DNA of 64,000 nucleotides from Stylophora pistillata (Eukaryota): the NCBI RefSeq assembly GCF_002571385.2, contig NW_019217807.1, positions 986,840-1,050,839 of the forward strand. The letters are read 5' to 3'. The notes under the pieces are model-generated. The model made no database searches and was not told where the DNA came from. It saw only the letters and a program-made list of their open reading frames with translations. Made by a program: the position numbers and the translations under genes. Each line of letters starts with the position of its first letter. The first letter of the stretch is position 1. Positions 9,831-53,882 of the stretch are shown one piece after another.

Positions 9831-12037
9831 ACTTCTAAAGCGTCCTGTTTGCTCCGATTTTATTACTGATTTCCTGCAACGAAAGCCTATAAAAACAATA
9901 CTTGATACGCTTAAAACCGAGATCATTTCCGCCTGTTGCTTTTATGAATGCAACGGATTGATTTCTGTAAAGATCATGAACTTCCGGTTAAAACTTTGTC
10001 TATTGTGGTACACTGCGTATAATGTTTTCTACGTCTGTTTCCACTTGGTATTTCTGTGAACGGAAAACTTTTGAATAATCATGCAATGGTTTGAATCTGA
10101 ATCCAATGGATTCCATTTCTTGACTTAAAATTAGGCGGTAAAAGGGGAGAATGTGACGTGCTTAGCAGAGGCCAATGTTTCTGAGGCAAGTTTACTTGCG
10201 TTGCACGCTTTTACGCATTTCCAATCATCTCCTACCGATTACGCATTTGTCATGTCATATCCATACTTATGAAATACACGTGCAGAAGGAAGAGCATTTT
10301 CTTGAATCCTGACCCTGTTTTAGACTAAAATCAGCTCAGCCTTGTTACGTCCTATTTCCTTTTTGTGACTTGCCCAGATTCCGGAAGTTGTATTCAAGTT
10401 GAACACAACATTCTGTTCAAAAGAGCTGGTGTAAATTGGTCTCTAATAGATTTTTATAGTTCCACTCTCTGTTCTCTCGCTTGCCAAAAATTATGAAAGC
10501 GCTTAAAGACAACATCATGTCACATTTCACTTATTTTATCAAAGCCATCTATTTTGTTTCCAGCCAAAACGAATTAAAAGTTGACTTTGATTCGGGGAAA
10601 CAGATTCCTCTTCCATCAAGATATACATCTCCAGGAGAACGGAGTATGTCTAATTTTTTTTTTCATTCTATTCGTTGATTCAGTGTTAAAATCGTTTTGC
10701 TGGTGAATTGACTCGGAGCAGATCTAAAAGGCTACTGGAATAACAGACGATTTAAGCTCGGCCAAAATCTCTGACTTCCATGTTTTCATGGAAATTGACT
10801 CATGCAAGGGGTTGGCAGTAGTTAAAACGAAAAATTTGTATGTCGGAAATGGGAGTTAGTGGCCTCTAGGTATTTTAAAGGGTATTTTCCGTGAAAGGAG
10901 TGTTGCTAAAGAGGATTTAGCAGTGATTAGTAAATACCGCTAACTAACCGAGTTCGAGGTTTTTACTGTAAGTCACGGACCGAGCTTTTTTCGCTAAGAT
11001 AAATGGCCTAAACGCGAAACGTGCCACAAATCCGAGCTGAAAAAACCGACATTTTGAAAGGTTAAAGTTACACAAAGACTTTGTTTCCTCGCCATCACTT
11101 TATCTTTTAGGCTTGCAACTGAAGCTGTTTCTTTTCAGTTAAACTTTTAGATCATCTGACACGGAAGAATATAACGGAAGTAGAAAGAAAATAATTTACG
11201 TCACTTCCGCTGAGCTGCCTCACACCCGGCTGATAACTACTTTAAGTGCGCGAATATTTATCAGCGTAGAATTTACGATAATATAAGATTTAAATTTGTT
11301 TTAGCGCAGAAGAGGAATACCCGTCCATACTTTATCAAGGTGCTTCCTGGCAGCAAGACACTATCAAATACATAAAACAAACAACAGAAAAATACATAGA
11401 GAAACGAGTGAATAATAATGATAGTAAAAACTTCTAAGCCAAAGTGAAGCCCATTCTCTGTTGCAGCACCCAAAATTTGAAGTATTGAAGTCAACCAAGT
11501 CAGTATTAAGACAACGCGCGAGCAATATGCTTTCCTTTTAGCTTTCATCTTCACTAATGTTTAAAACGGATTCAAGTCTCAAATCGGACACTAGTATAAA
11601 AAAAAGACACTTCTCTCTGAAACCAGACATTGGTGCCTTAAAACGAACACTGGTTTTTAAAAATCAGACACTTTTATCTAAAAGCGGACCTTCTTGTTCA
11701 ACTCGGCTGGCGAACTTGAAACTGGGTGCATGAAAATTTGATCAATGTATCAGTCGATCCCAGTCTTTCCCCGTGATTAGGTAGACGACTGGTGATGGTC
11801 AGCGGACTGCGCTTTTGTATTATGTATGTAAAGTGTTGGACATAATATGTACTAGAGACATAATGACTCCCTATACATGACATACCTACCATTGGCATAC
11901 GCACGGTCAACGTTTGGTAGCCATCTTGGCTATTCTGTCTGCTGACTGTGGAAATCGACCCTCTCTAGGCGACGGTTTTAATTTCATCCAGGCGAATAAA
12001 AAGCTATTTTGACGAAGAGTTGGTCTGATACAGCATC

Positions 12038-43919
<31,882 letters not shown>

Positions 43920-44372
43920 GAGATTGTGTGACACATAGACTGAACAATTTTCTGTCACCATGGCGCAACTCTGCTTTGGTTTATCGCGTGACTGCAGCGG
44001 AACATTTAAGTCACGCAAACCCGTCTTTCAGATAATATTGCAGCGGCATATACTTACGTAAAATGTACATACTTGTTGAGCCACTGCGACTTAAAAGAAA
44101 CCAGTGTTTGCTTGTTTGTTTGTTTGTTTGTTTTTTTTTTAAATCTCTGTACATCCTTCTTGGGAACTTCAGTAAACAATAACTTAAAGCGATGTGGGAA
44201 TAGAAGCTCGCTAGTAAGAAATTGAAGCATCCTTGGAGAGTTATTCTAAACTTCTCTCTCCATAGATGTCATTAAGTAATGTAGGACGGTGTAAACATGT
44301 TCGAAAACGAGTAGAGCCTTTTAGAAAAGAAGTTTTCATTTTGTAGATGACTGTGTGCACAAACTTACCAGA

Positions 44373-44378
44373 AATAAA
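44373..44378 (+). promoter_or_regulatory. Candidate polyadenylation signal of SNRNP200
   Basis: First AATAAA I noticed downstream of the stop codon (~450 nt). Confidence 0.4.
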
Positions 44379-44463
44379 ATACCAATTGTCCTGTCAGTGG
44401 GACCTTGCATTTGGATCATCCGTAGACAGAATGCGGAGCATCTGAAAGATTCCCTTTTAAAGT

Positions 44464-44598
44464 ATATTTTAAAAAATTGACAACTTTTTTGAGAGACATG
44501 TTTCGGCACGCTTATGGCCATCTTCAATCAATGAGTTGAAGATGGCATAAGCATGCCGCAACATGTCTCTCAAAAAAGTTGTCTATTTCCTAAAATAT
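44464..44598. mobile_element. Inverted pair of Penelope-type minimal hammerhead-like motifs
   Basis: ~60-bp imperfect inverted arms. The minus arm reads TTGAAGA-TGGC..GCC-GAAACATGTC; in the plus arm GAAA is changed to GCAA. Confidence 0.55.
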
Positions 44599-47224
44599 TT
44601 ATCATACTTGTTACTACTACGACCTTTTTAAAGTATATGTGTTAAAAAATATTCATCGCTTTACGCAATAGGACTCGTCAACGTAATACTCCTAAGGGTA
44701 AAATGTCAGGCCAAACTGTTACGGTCCACTTTACAAGTCATGTTGGCAAGTCATTTATTTAAACAAGATTTGTTCAAGGAAAGTACTTCGTTGCCTAGTT
44801 ATGTTTTCAACAACTTGTTCGTCAGATTTTTGACAGAGAGAATTCAACGAAAACCTGTCATGTTTTCCATCCACGCGGCCAAAGAATAATTTTTCTAGGG
44901 AACCTACTTTTGTGAATATTGAATGCTCATGTTATATTGGAATTACTTAGATGTTACTTAAGAGATTACCATAACAAAGGCTTTTTCCTTTCCAAATTTC
45001 AAAAAGCTCTTGCCTAAAATTCGGGGTCGGACGATTTTGGTTGTGTCCCATTTAAATTTACTTGATAACCTAAGACTCTTGTAGTCCGGCTTACGACACC
45101 CCCTCATCGGCAATCAGTTTGCTATAGCCCCCCCCCTCCTCCAAGTGACTGGTCCGTTTCCTTGTCGAACATCACGAGCTCCGGCGGAAAATTGTAAAAA
45201 CCCTCATTACCGTCCCCGAAAATTATGTCCTTACCATGCTGTAGAAGGACGGACGCATTTGGATAGACGACGCAAACTGCGCCATATTGTAAACATTTCT
45301 GTAATCTCTTGAACATTCGACAGAGCGAGATCTTACTTGATTAAGGACGTGTTGTCAGCTTAAAGAACTTCTGTTTCGAATTTGGATCTGTCTGTCTGTC
45401 TGTCGTGTGAAATGAAAACGCTACATGATGACAATTTTAGAATCAGTCGAAGCTGATAAGTTGAGCTCTCTCGAAAATAACAGCCCTGACTTCAGTAAAT
45501 CAATGCCTGAAACATCAGGTTCGAACTTTCGCCACGACAATTTCTCTTCGTTAATGGATCTTTAATAAGCGACCAGACATGTGTTTCACTCGCCCGCCGA
45601 CACAGCGAAACATTTTATTTTTGGAAACCAATAACGATATCATTGCAAACTCATCTTCATTACATCTTTCAAAGTTTTTAAACGTAATATAGATGTCCAG
45701 AAGAGAGAATAAAATTTGTGTCATGTTCAACATTTTTAAAGATTGCTACCTGAGAATTACTTTCGAAAGCGGACGCAAAGCTAAGTTTCCGTAGTCATAT
45801 CCCCTAAAAGTCGAGGATGATTTTATTTTGTGTCTTGCCTGCGGGGAAGCACACAAACACACACAAAAATTATTGACTTTTCACATGATAAAATCTACAG
45901 TACTAGACCGAGGATTAAGAGATTCGTCATTTCAATGACTTTCTAAACTAAACGAAAAGTATTTCTTTCCTTCCTTTTTTTCCTGATAGATATCCACCAG
46001 TAATTAGGTTATTTTTGCGCATGAGTTTCTCTGTATCTCGACTTTCAAAATAATTGCTACATTTTCCCCGCTGTTTAAAGGATGAAAAGTGTTCGCGTTT
46101 TGAAAGCGTAAAAAAAAGGCAACCATGAATGCAGCACAGTGTTTTTAACTCTTCTAAATTTCAATAACCGCATCCTCAGCTTTTATCCTGAGATTACACT
46201 GCTTGTTATTAATGGCTAGAGGTACTTAAAATTTCTTTCATTTTGAGATAATGCCTCTCGCGAAGTCTTAAATAGAATACATCTAGGGACACTCGTTTTT
46301 TTCCCCAGTAATGTGTATTCAATATGGTGTCAAACTTCGTCATTAACTTGAAAGCTTTTCAAATGACCATGTTTTAAATCTTAATATTTCTGTTCAGTGG
46401 AGAACGTCAGACCCTTAACCTCTGCAAGTTTCTCGAAACCTCTCACAGTTGCTGTAATATTTGCTTCGTCGGAGAAGAAAACGTTCTGTTAAATGCGTCA
46501 AGGCTGTTATCTGGGTGAAAGTTCTTTTAAATCGGAAATGGAATTTATTTCAAAATGACTTTTCTATTGTTTGTCAGTACTTCAGCTTTTATGCAATGAC
46601 ATAACCGACGTAAGATATTGAATTTACATTTGAAATTGAAGTAGTGGCATCTCAATTTAGCATTTTATCTGAAATCAGTTTCGTGAAATCTTCTCCCAAC
46701 TTTGTCTAGGTGGGTTCAATATCTTTTTTTATATTGGCAGGGCTATTTTATCTTAATAGAAGAAACCAAGGTTTTGAGATCTATATTGTCAGTCTAGAGT
46801 TACAAGCATCAAAAGGCGCTTGAAATGTCTTCAGTGATAACGTGTGAAATCATTGCTTCAACATATGTGCGTATGAAACATCGCAACTGACTTTTCTTTG
46901 GCAAGTTTTCGAATAGTGCCTAGGGAGGGAATCTTTGTCGTTATTTCAAAACTCGACTCAAGAAGGTAACTGCAGAAGTTCCTTCCTTTTTTTCACAAAA
47001 AGAGGTAAGTCCCAGATTTATTTTCCTATTCAGAAACTACTTTGCCTGAGAAATGTTATCTTTTAAATTAATATTTTCCTTAATTTATTTTGCAACGATA
47101 TGTGCCTTGCTTGGCTTTGCGATTCCAACAGCGCTGTGGAAAACCTTCGAAACATTGTGAAAGGAAAAAAGCGACGAAAAAAAGGAAAAAAAATTGTGAA
47201 AGGAAAAAAAGCTACGAAAAACCA

Positions 47225-47340
47225 GGCACTAGTATCGCAGAGGTCAGTGGTTCGAATTCCGTAGAGGCCTGAATTTTTTCAGGTCTGATTTTCACTATTG
47301 CTTAAAAAATGCTCTTTACTGCGAGGATCGTGCACAAATA
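47225..47340 (+). mobile_element. tRNA-derived SINE-like fragment; related copy at ~56880-57040 (-)
   Basis: tatcgcagaggtcagtggttcgaattccgtagaggcctga..ttttttcaggtctgatttt is shared between the two sites; B-box GGTTCGAAT. Confidence 0.65.
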
Positions 47341-48819
47341 CGAAAAACCAGGAGTAAACGAAACGCGGATGAGAGGGAGTATTTACCAAAATTTGGTTGC
47401 AAACTGAAAAAAGTGCAGTTGAGACCAATTTCCAAATATTTGCTTTCCGTCTGCAGATGCTAAAGAAGCCGGGCTTCTGAAAAGTAGTAAAAGTAAACAG
47501 AGTGTTGCAAGTTAATTGTGAAAACTGATGGTTGACTGAAATAAAACAGATTCAATCTTAATTTCACAATATCAAGTTTCTCATGAATTAACTCTAATAC
47601 ATTCGAGTTTTTTATTAAAACTGTTGGTGGTTTCGCTCCAACATCTAACAAGAAGATCAAACTGAATTGTTTGAGTGAACGAAGGAAGCGCTTGAATATA
47701 AAGAAAACACAGCTTGAAGCTTTAGATAAAACAGAGTTAGATCGAGATTTATTTCTGATAATAATTCATAGCTGAATGATCGAAATAGAATGTAAAAGTC
47801 CATAAACACGACCCGGCAGCCTCAAATTTAGTTCATGTTTTCAATTAAACACTTTCTCTGGGCCATAACGATAGTAATCGACTTGAAGTAGATTATGAAG
47901 AATCTCGTCTGCCAGAGTATTAGCCTAATTGTTAAAGAAACTTGATTAATTTTTAGGAAATATATTGGCTTCTTCTCCGTGAATTTGAATATGGAAAGAA
48001 GAATAACAGATCTGAATATTAAAGACATCGACCCGACTTTTCTGTAGATTGTATTTTCTTTCATTTTTCCATTGCGAAGCTTAATTATATGCCGAATGTC
48101 CATTTTAAAGGCTAGATTGATGCTCGCCAGATAAAGATTGATTACCAGAACAAAAATTGTTTCCAAAAATAGAATATTTCATTTCCTCGAATGATCAATT
48201 TGTCAGCCAGTTCGAAGCGCTCGGCTTCATTTAACCTGGGCCGCTAAAAAACAATTCATTTTTTATCGTATCCACGCTTTTTTTAGGAAAAGTGTATGAA
48301 TTGCTACCCATTTCCATCTTCCACAATGTTTACATTTAATTTGGAGAACGTAAAAGGCTTAATTGACTAGGAAAGATTTCAGCCTTGTTTTGAGCAGTCA
48401 GCACCAACTTATTGAAATATCTGCAATTAAACTGGGTCAATTTATCACTCTGCTGACCTCGGTGTTCACCTTCATCAATCACTTGTATAAAAGCATCAAC
48501 AGTTTATGAATCGAAGCTATTGATACTCTTCATGCCTTTTTGAAAACGACAAATCAATGATAGCTCTTTCTCTTTCTTAGAAATCGGGATTTTAAGAACT
48601 TTTAGGGTCGATAACAGAAAGAGCATTGCACACCCTTGTCTAGAGCCTTTTGTCATATTTCGACAGGCGCAAGAAATACTTGTATAGCTGTTCATCAACG
48701 CAAAAGTAAAACAAGGAAATTCCAACGGCTGGTCGCACAGGTATTGTGAGTATTGTCTAGTAAAAGTACGTTTTAACCCCATTTTTCTAACTTTCTGCGA
48801 TGAAAATATACCTTTTGCG

Positions 48820-51290
48820 AGGTGACACGTCCCTTATCACACCCACGAAATGCCCCTCGCTGAAATTATTCATGTTTACCTTTTCCGTTTTCTGTTTTCA
48901 TTGTAAAACCAATAAAGTTACATACATTACTTCAGCTACAACGCGCATTGCCATTGGCTAATTAAGCGGGTCGTATACTGCCGGCAACTTGCAATCAATA
49001 CAAAATTGACCCCGTCGCCGATATCTCGCACTTCATCGCCAAATTTCCTTAATCATTTGTTTCCTTTTAATTGTTTGAGAGAGCTCTAATAAGTAAACAA
49101 CGATTTCGAATTGACTTCTTCTCCTATCGAAGTGCAGCAGTTTAAAGCCATTCCGTTAGAACAGGAATCGTTCTCCCAAAATCTTTCTCATAGACTTAGG
49201 GGAGATCAGATGGGAACATCTTTCTTATCTTATCTTTTATCGGTCTGTAGGGTAAGTAGATCCTCGCCATTTCATCTTCAATTTTTGATGCTCAATTGTT
49301 CTTTGTGATATCGTAGAAGGAAGTTTACTCTTGACTTCTCCTATCGAAGTGCACCAGTCATTTAAAGCCAATCCGGTAGAATAGGAATCGTTTCCCAAAA
49401 ATCTTCATATAAAAAGGACTAACCTCGTATTCCGTGTCCGTAAGGTAAGTTGTAGATCCTCGCCATTTCTCCTTCAATTTTTGATGCTCAATTGTTTATT
49501 GTAATATCGTAGAAGGAAGTTTGCCATAATATCAGGATTTTTTCCCTTTTTTTTGTTTTGTTTGCCGATAGCTTTAAAGGTTTGTTGTCATGCATTGGTG
49601 CGCTGGTGAAACATTGAAATAGGCACCTCCCGTGTCACTCGCACGAAATGCCCCTCAATGAAATTATTTGTTTGCATTTAAGTTTTCATAATTTAACTGA
49701 TGATAAAAATGACTTTGATCTTTCTGCTACTACGCGCACTGTGATTGGTCAATACAGCGAATCGTCACTTCTTCCGGTAGTTCGTAAACGATTCAAAGTT
49801 GACCTTATCGCCGAAATCTCGCGTTTCATCGCCAATTTTTTAAAATCATTTGTTTCCTTTTAATTGAATTCAGAATACTAACGAATGAAAAAGAGGTTTT
49901 CGGATTGACTTCTTCTCCTTTCGAAGTGATTCATGAAGCCATCTCGTTTTCCGCAATCTTTTCATACACAGGAGCTATCACATATAAAAATCTAGCTAAC
50001 CTGGTCTCTTCAGTCATCAGATCCTAGCTTGCGATTTCCCCTTCGACTTTTGGTTTCGCCTTGCTCATTGTAATATCTTAGAAGGAGGTTTGCCATAGTT
50101 TTAAGGATGTTTTTTTTTTTTTTTTTTTGCCAGTAGCTTTTAAGAGTCTTAAGTGCGCATCAGAAACACTTGGATGTTTATGAAGACGAAATTGAAACAG
50201 GTAGATTTAAACTATTGTAACAAATTTTGAAAGGCTTAAGTTTCCATCGGCAGCCCTTAAGTGGAGAAAAGTACAGGCATTGTGAGTATCGCTTAAAATG
50301 GAAATTTTTTCTTCAGTTTTTCAACTCTCGGCATTGAAAATTAGGCACCTCCTCTGACACTCCTATGAAATGCCTCTTATTCAATTTACATTTGTTTACC
50401 CTTCATGTCCTTTTTATTTTTTAATTCAGCTAATAACAGAAATTAGTTTAATCTTCCAGCTACAACGTGTGCTGAGATTGGCTTATTTGGAGGGTTGTTT
50501 TCTCCATCGCTGCCCGCAAATAACCCAAAATTAGCTTTGTTGCCAAATTCTTCGTTTTATCCTCGATTGTTCTTAATCATTTGTTTCCTTTTAATTGTTT
50601 TAGAAGTGCTAATGAATGAACAACGATTTTGAATCGACTCCTTCTCTTTTTAAAGTGCGTCATTCACTTAAAGCCATTCCATTTGAATACAAATCGTGTT
50701 TTCAAAATCTTCCCACACACATAGGAAATATAACAAAGAACCTAGCTAAGCTCTTCGTCTCATTCATTACGGTAAGTTATAAATTCTCGCTATTTCCCTT
50801 TCAATTTTTCGCGCAACCTTCCACGTTGTTATTTCTTAGAAAGAGATATCCCATTCTTCTGGGGACGTTTTTTTTGCCGATAGTATTTAAGAGACTGTAG
50901 CCGCCTATCGGAGGGCAGATGAAACACTACGATGCTTATCAACGCAAAATTAGAACAGGAAAGTTGAAAAAACCGCAACTAATTTTAAAAAGCTGTTTAG
51001 GAAGGGAAGGTAATATTAGTTCGCCACCAAGTGATAGAAAGTTTATCCCTCACTTTTCAAAAATCCAGCGTTGCAAGTATGTTTTTTCTCAGAAGGCACC
51101 TCCCATGGCACTCCTACGAAATGCCCCCAACTGAATTTATTTATGTCGGCTTTTTTTTCGGTTTCATTTTTCTACCAACAAAAGCAATTACTTTTATCTC
51201 CGTTTATCTTCGTGCACTATGATTGATCAATTTAGAGGGCTTTTTTCTTCCACACGGCCTCGAAACACTTCAAAGTTGACTTATACCGAC
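48820..51290. repeat. Degenerate tandem repeat, ~720-800 bp unit, ~3.3 copies
   Basis: Unit starts (gcacctcc..cactc..gaaatgcc) at ~48824, 49621, 50343 and 51093; AATCATTTGTTTCCTTTTAATTG at ~49051, 49844 and 50575; internal ~215-bp duplication in unit 1. Confidence 0.85.
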
Positions 51291-51621
51291 CCACAAACGT
51301 CTGACTTTTAATTATATTGTAACAAAAGTGATGTTAGTTAATTAAGCGTTTCGAAACGCGCTACGCCACGGCAACAAATTTACCGTAAACAGCTGCATCT
51401 ACGTCAATCTTGACATAAGTAGCGTGTTGCGTAACTCGAAGTTGTTGCATTTTTGAAGTATTAAGGGACAGTTATTATTATTCATCCCATTTTTTCGAAC
51501 GCCATTAGGAAGCAATTTTCAAACAAAACGTCAAAGGGACACTTAAGTCGATTTCTCACATCGATATGATTTCATTCTTGTCGGAAATTGCAGATCTAGT
51601 AGCAGCAGCTACCGCGTAACC

Positions 51622-52704
51622 ATGGAAGATGAAAGTACTTGGCTAATTAATAAAGAATGCACCGGAGTTGAAACACATGCGGTGAAAAGCTTCTGCTTCG
51701 ACAATGAGTCTGTGGCTCTCCGAATAGCGAGAATGCTTCCCTACGTTATCATTATTTTAGTATCTACGGTTGGAAACATTCTGGTCGCGTTTGTCGTCTT
51801 CAGAAGTCGCCCTATGCGAAAGGCGATTAACTTCTTTATCGTGAATATGGCAATGAGCGATTTATTAATCACACTTGTGTACATGCCGAGAGTGATTGGC
51901 ATTCTATTGAGAGGATACGAATGGCTTTTCAAAGGCATAGCTGGGTTGGTGTTCTGTAAACTGGTGTACTTCATTCATGAGACGGCTGTCAGCGTGTCAA
52001 TATTTTCTGCAATCTGTATCAGCGGTGAACGTTTCTTAGCTGTTGTACGTCCATTGAAGACTTTGGCCAACGGCACCAAAGCGGCGCGCTACTTAATCGC
52101 TCTTACATGGATGATATCCTTGCTTCTTAGGATTCCCATAGCGATCGCGAACAAAATGGGTGAAAAATGTGGTAGAATGTACTGCAACCTTTCTCTGGAT
52201 GAAGCGTTTTGGCCAGGTTCCTCAGTACTATACCACAAATTCAACCTGATTGGCATGTATGCTACGCCCATGGGAGTCATGATTACTCTGTATTCAACAA
52301 CAATCTTTTCTTTGAGAAGAAGAAGTCGTCCTGGAAACAGAGTCACCACGGAGAGTACGCAAGCCACCGAGATGAATAAAAAAGTGTCTCGAATGGTGCT
52401 TATAGTAACAACTGCTTTCATTCTTTGCTGGATTTTGTACTTTATTATAGCCGTTTTGGCTACGTATGACGTGAAAATCTCATGCAATATTCTATATCTT
52501 AGACTTCTTTTCGCTCACTCTAACTGCGCGCTGACACCCGTGCTGTATGCATTGTTTAGTGAAAATTATCAGAGGGAGTTTAAGAACGTGTTTTGGACAT
52601 GTCTTTGCGCGCGGCGAGCAAGGCCACGAGCGAGATTCAACAAACGTTTGGGAATCAACGAGAGGGCATGGACTGTAGAATCAATTACCGAATGTCAACT
52701 GTAG
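51622..52704 (+). CDS. Class A GPCR, peptide-receptor-like (QRFP/NPFF/tachykinin-receptor-like), intronless CDS, 360 aa
   Basis: Seven hydrophobic segments; TM1 GN, TM2 NMAMSD, CKL at the start of TM3, ERF, TM4 W, TM6 FILCW, TM7 NCALTPVLY, helix 8 SENYQREF; acceptor cag at 51591-93 just upstream of the ATG. Confidence 0.93.
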   Translation: MEDESTWLINKECTGVETHAVKSFCFDNESVALRIARMLPYVIIILVSTVGNILVAFVVFRSRPMRKAINFFIVNMAMSDLLITLVYMPRVIGILLRGYEWLFKGIAGLVFCKLVYFIHETAVSVSIFSAICISGERFLAVVRPLKTLANGTKAARYLIALTWMISLLLRIPIAIANKMGEKCGRMYCNLSLDEAFWPGSSVLYHKFNLIGMYATPMGVMITLYSTTIFSLRRRSRPGNRVTTESTQATEMNKKVSRMVLIVTTAFILCWILYFIIAVLATYDVKISCNILYLRLLFAHSNCALTPVLYALFSENYQREFKNVFWTCLCARRARPRARFNKRLGINERAWTVESITECQL

Positions 52705-53882
52705 AATGTCAGTTGCTGCTAGCTTATTTTGAAAATGATTAACATACAAACGCATATGATCCGGTGTTATCTTATGAGGACTGATGCAAATTAAAGTGGG
52801 TTTGTTTTCGGGTAAAGGAGTCCAGTAAAAATTATTACCTACGCAATATATCATTGGATAACTTGTAATTGAATGTCGTTACTTTGTTCTATAATTGGTC
52901 AACGTAAAACTCGCATGATTGTTTCTTGGTGCAAGACAGAATCAAGCACTCAGTGATGTCCACTTGATAACAATATAACAGGTAGGCGAAGACTGGCGAA
53001 ATTGCCTGTGGTAATTACAACTGCGTCCATTTTGCTAATATTTTATTTGATATATTTTATTTTAGAATTACCTTGCGTCATAAAACTGGCAATGTGTTAT
53101 ATCATAGTTAACTATGGTTATATGTCCAATTCATTTTGTAACCTTTCCTTTTTGTTTGTTTTGACCCGATCGAATCTAAAGTGCAACTTCCATCACCGAT
53201 CCCTTTGAAAGATGAAACGGCACCTGAGGATTATATACGTATACGTTGTCTAAGGCGGAAGGCGATCAAATATTTTATTAAGGATCAGTTATTNNNNNNN
53301 NNNNNNNNNNNNNNNNNNNNNNNNNNNNNNNNNNNNNNNNNNNNNNNNNNNNNNNNNNNNNNNNNNNNNNNNNNNNNNNNNNNNNNNNNNNNNNNNNNNN
53401 NNNNNNNNNNNNNNNNNNNNNNNNNNNNNNNNNNNNNNNNNNNNNNNNNNNNNNNNNNNNNNNNNNNNNNNNNNNNNNNNNNNNNNNNNNNNNNNNNNNN
53501 NNNNNNNNNNNNNNNNNNNNNNNNNNCTCACCCCCCCCCCAAATGGCTCAATTTTCTATATCCCCCCCTTATACTCTGTGCGGGGGGGCGATTGCTGATC
53601 TCCTTCCAATCCTCCATGTGATCCTCCAAAATCCTCCTCCCTTCCCCCCCCACTCTAATTAATGACCGTTCTCTTAATTGATGATTTCTTAAATTCAAAC
53701 TTCCGCCAATCACAGCACGCACTTAACGCCCGTCACGCACCCCACACGCGCGCGCGTCACGAATCCCACACGCGCCATGCACGGAACCACGTTCCATTTT
53801 TTCCCTTCGCGGTGTGGAGATTGCGCGGGAAGAGCTCCTTCCTTATTTCTATGGCCCGACTGCATCTAGGAATAGCCAAAAT

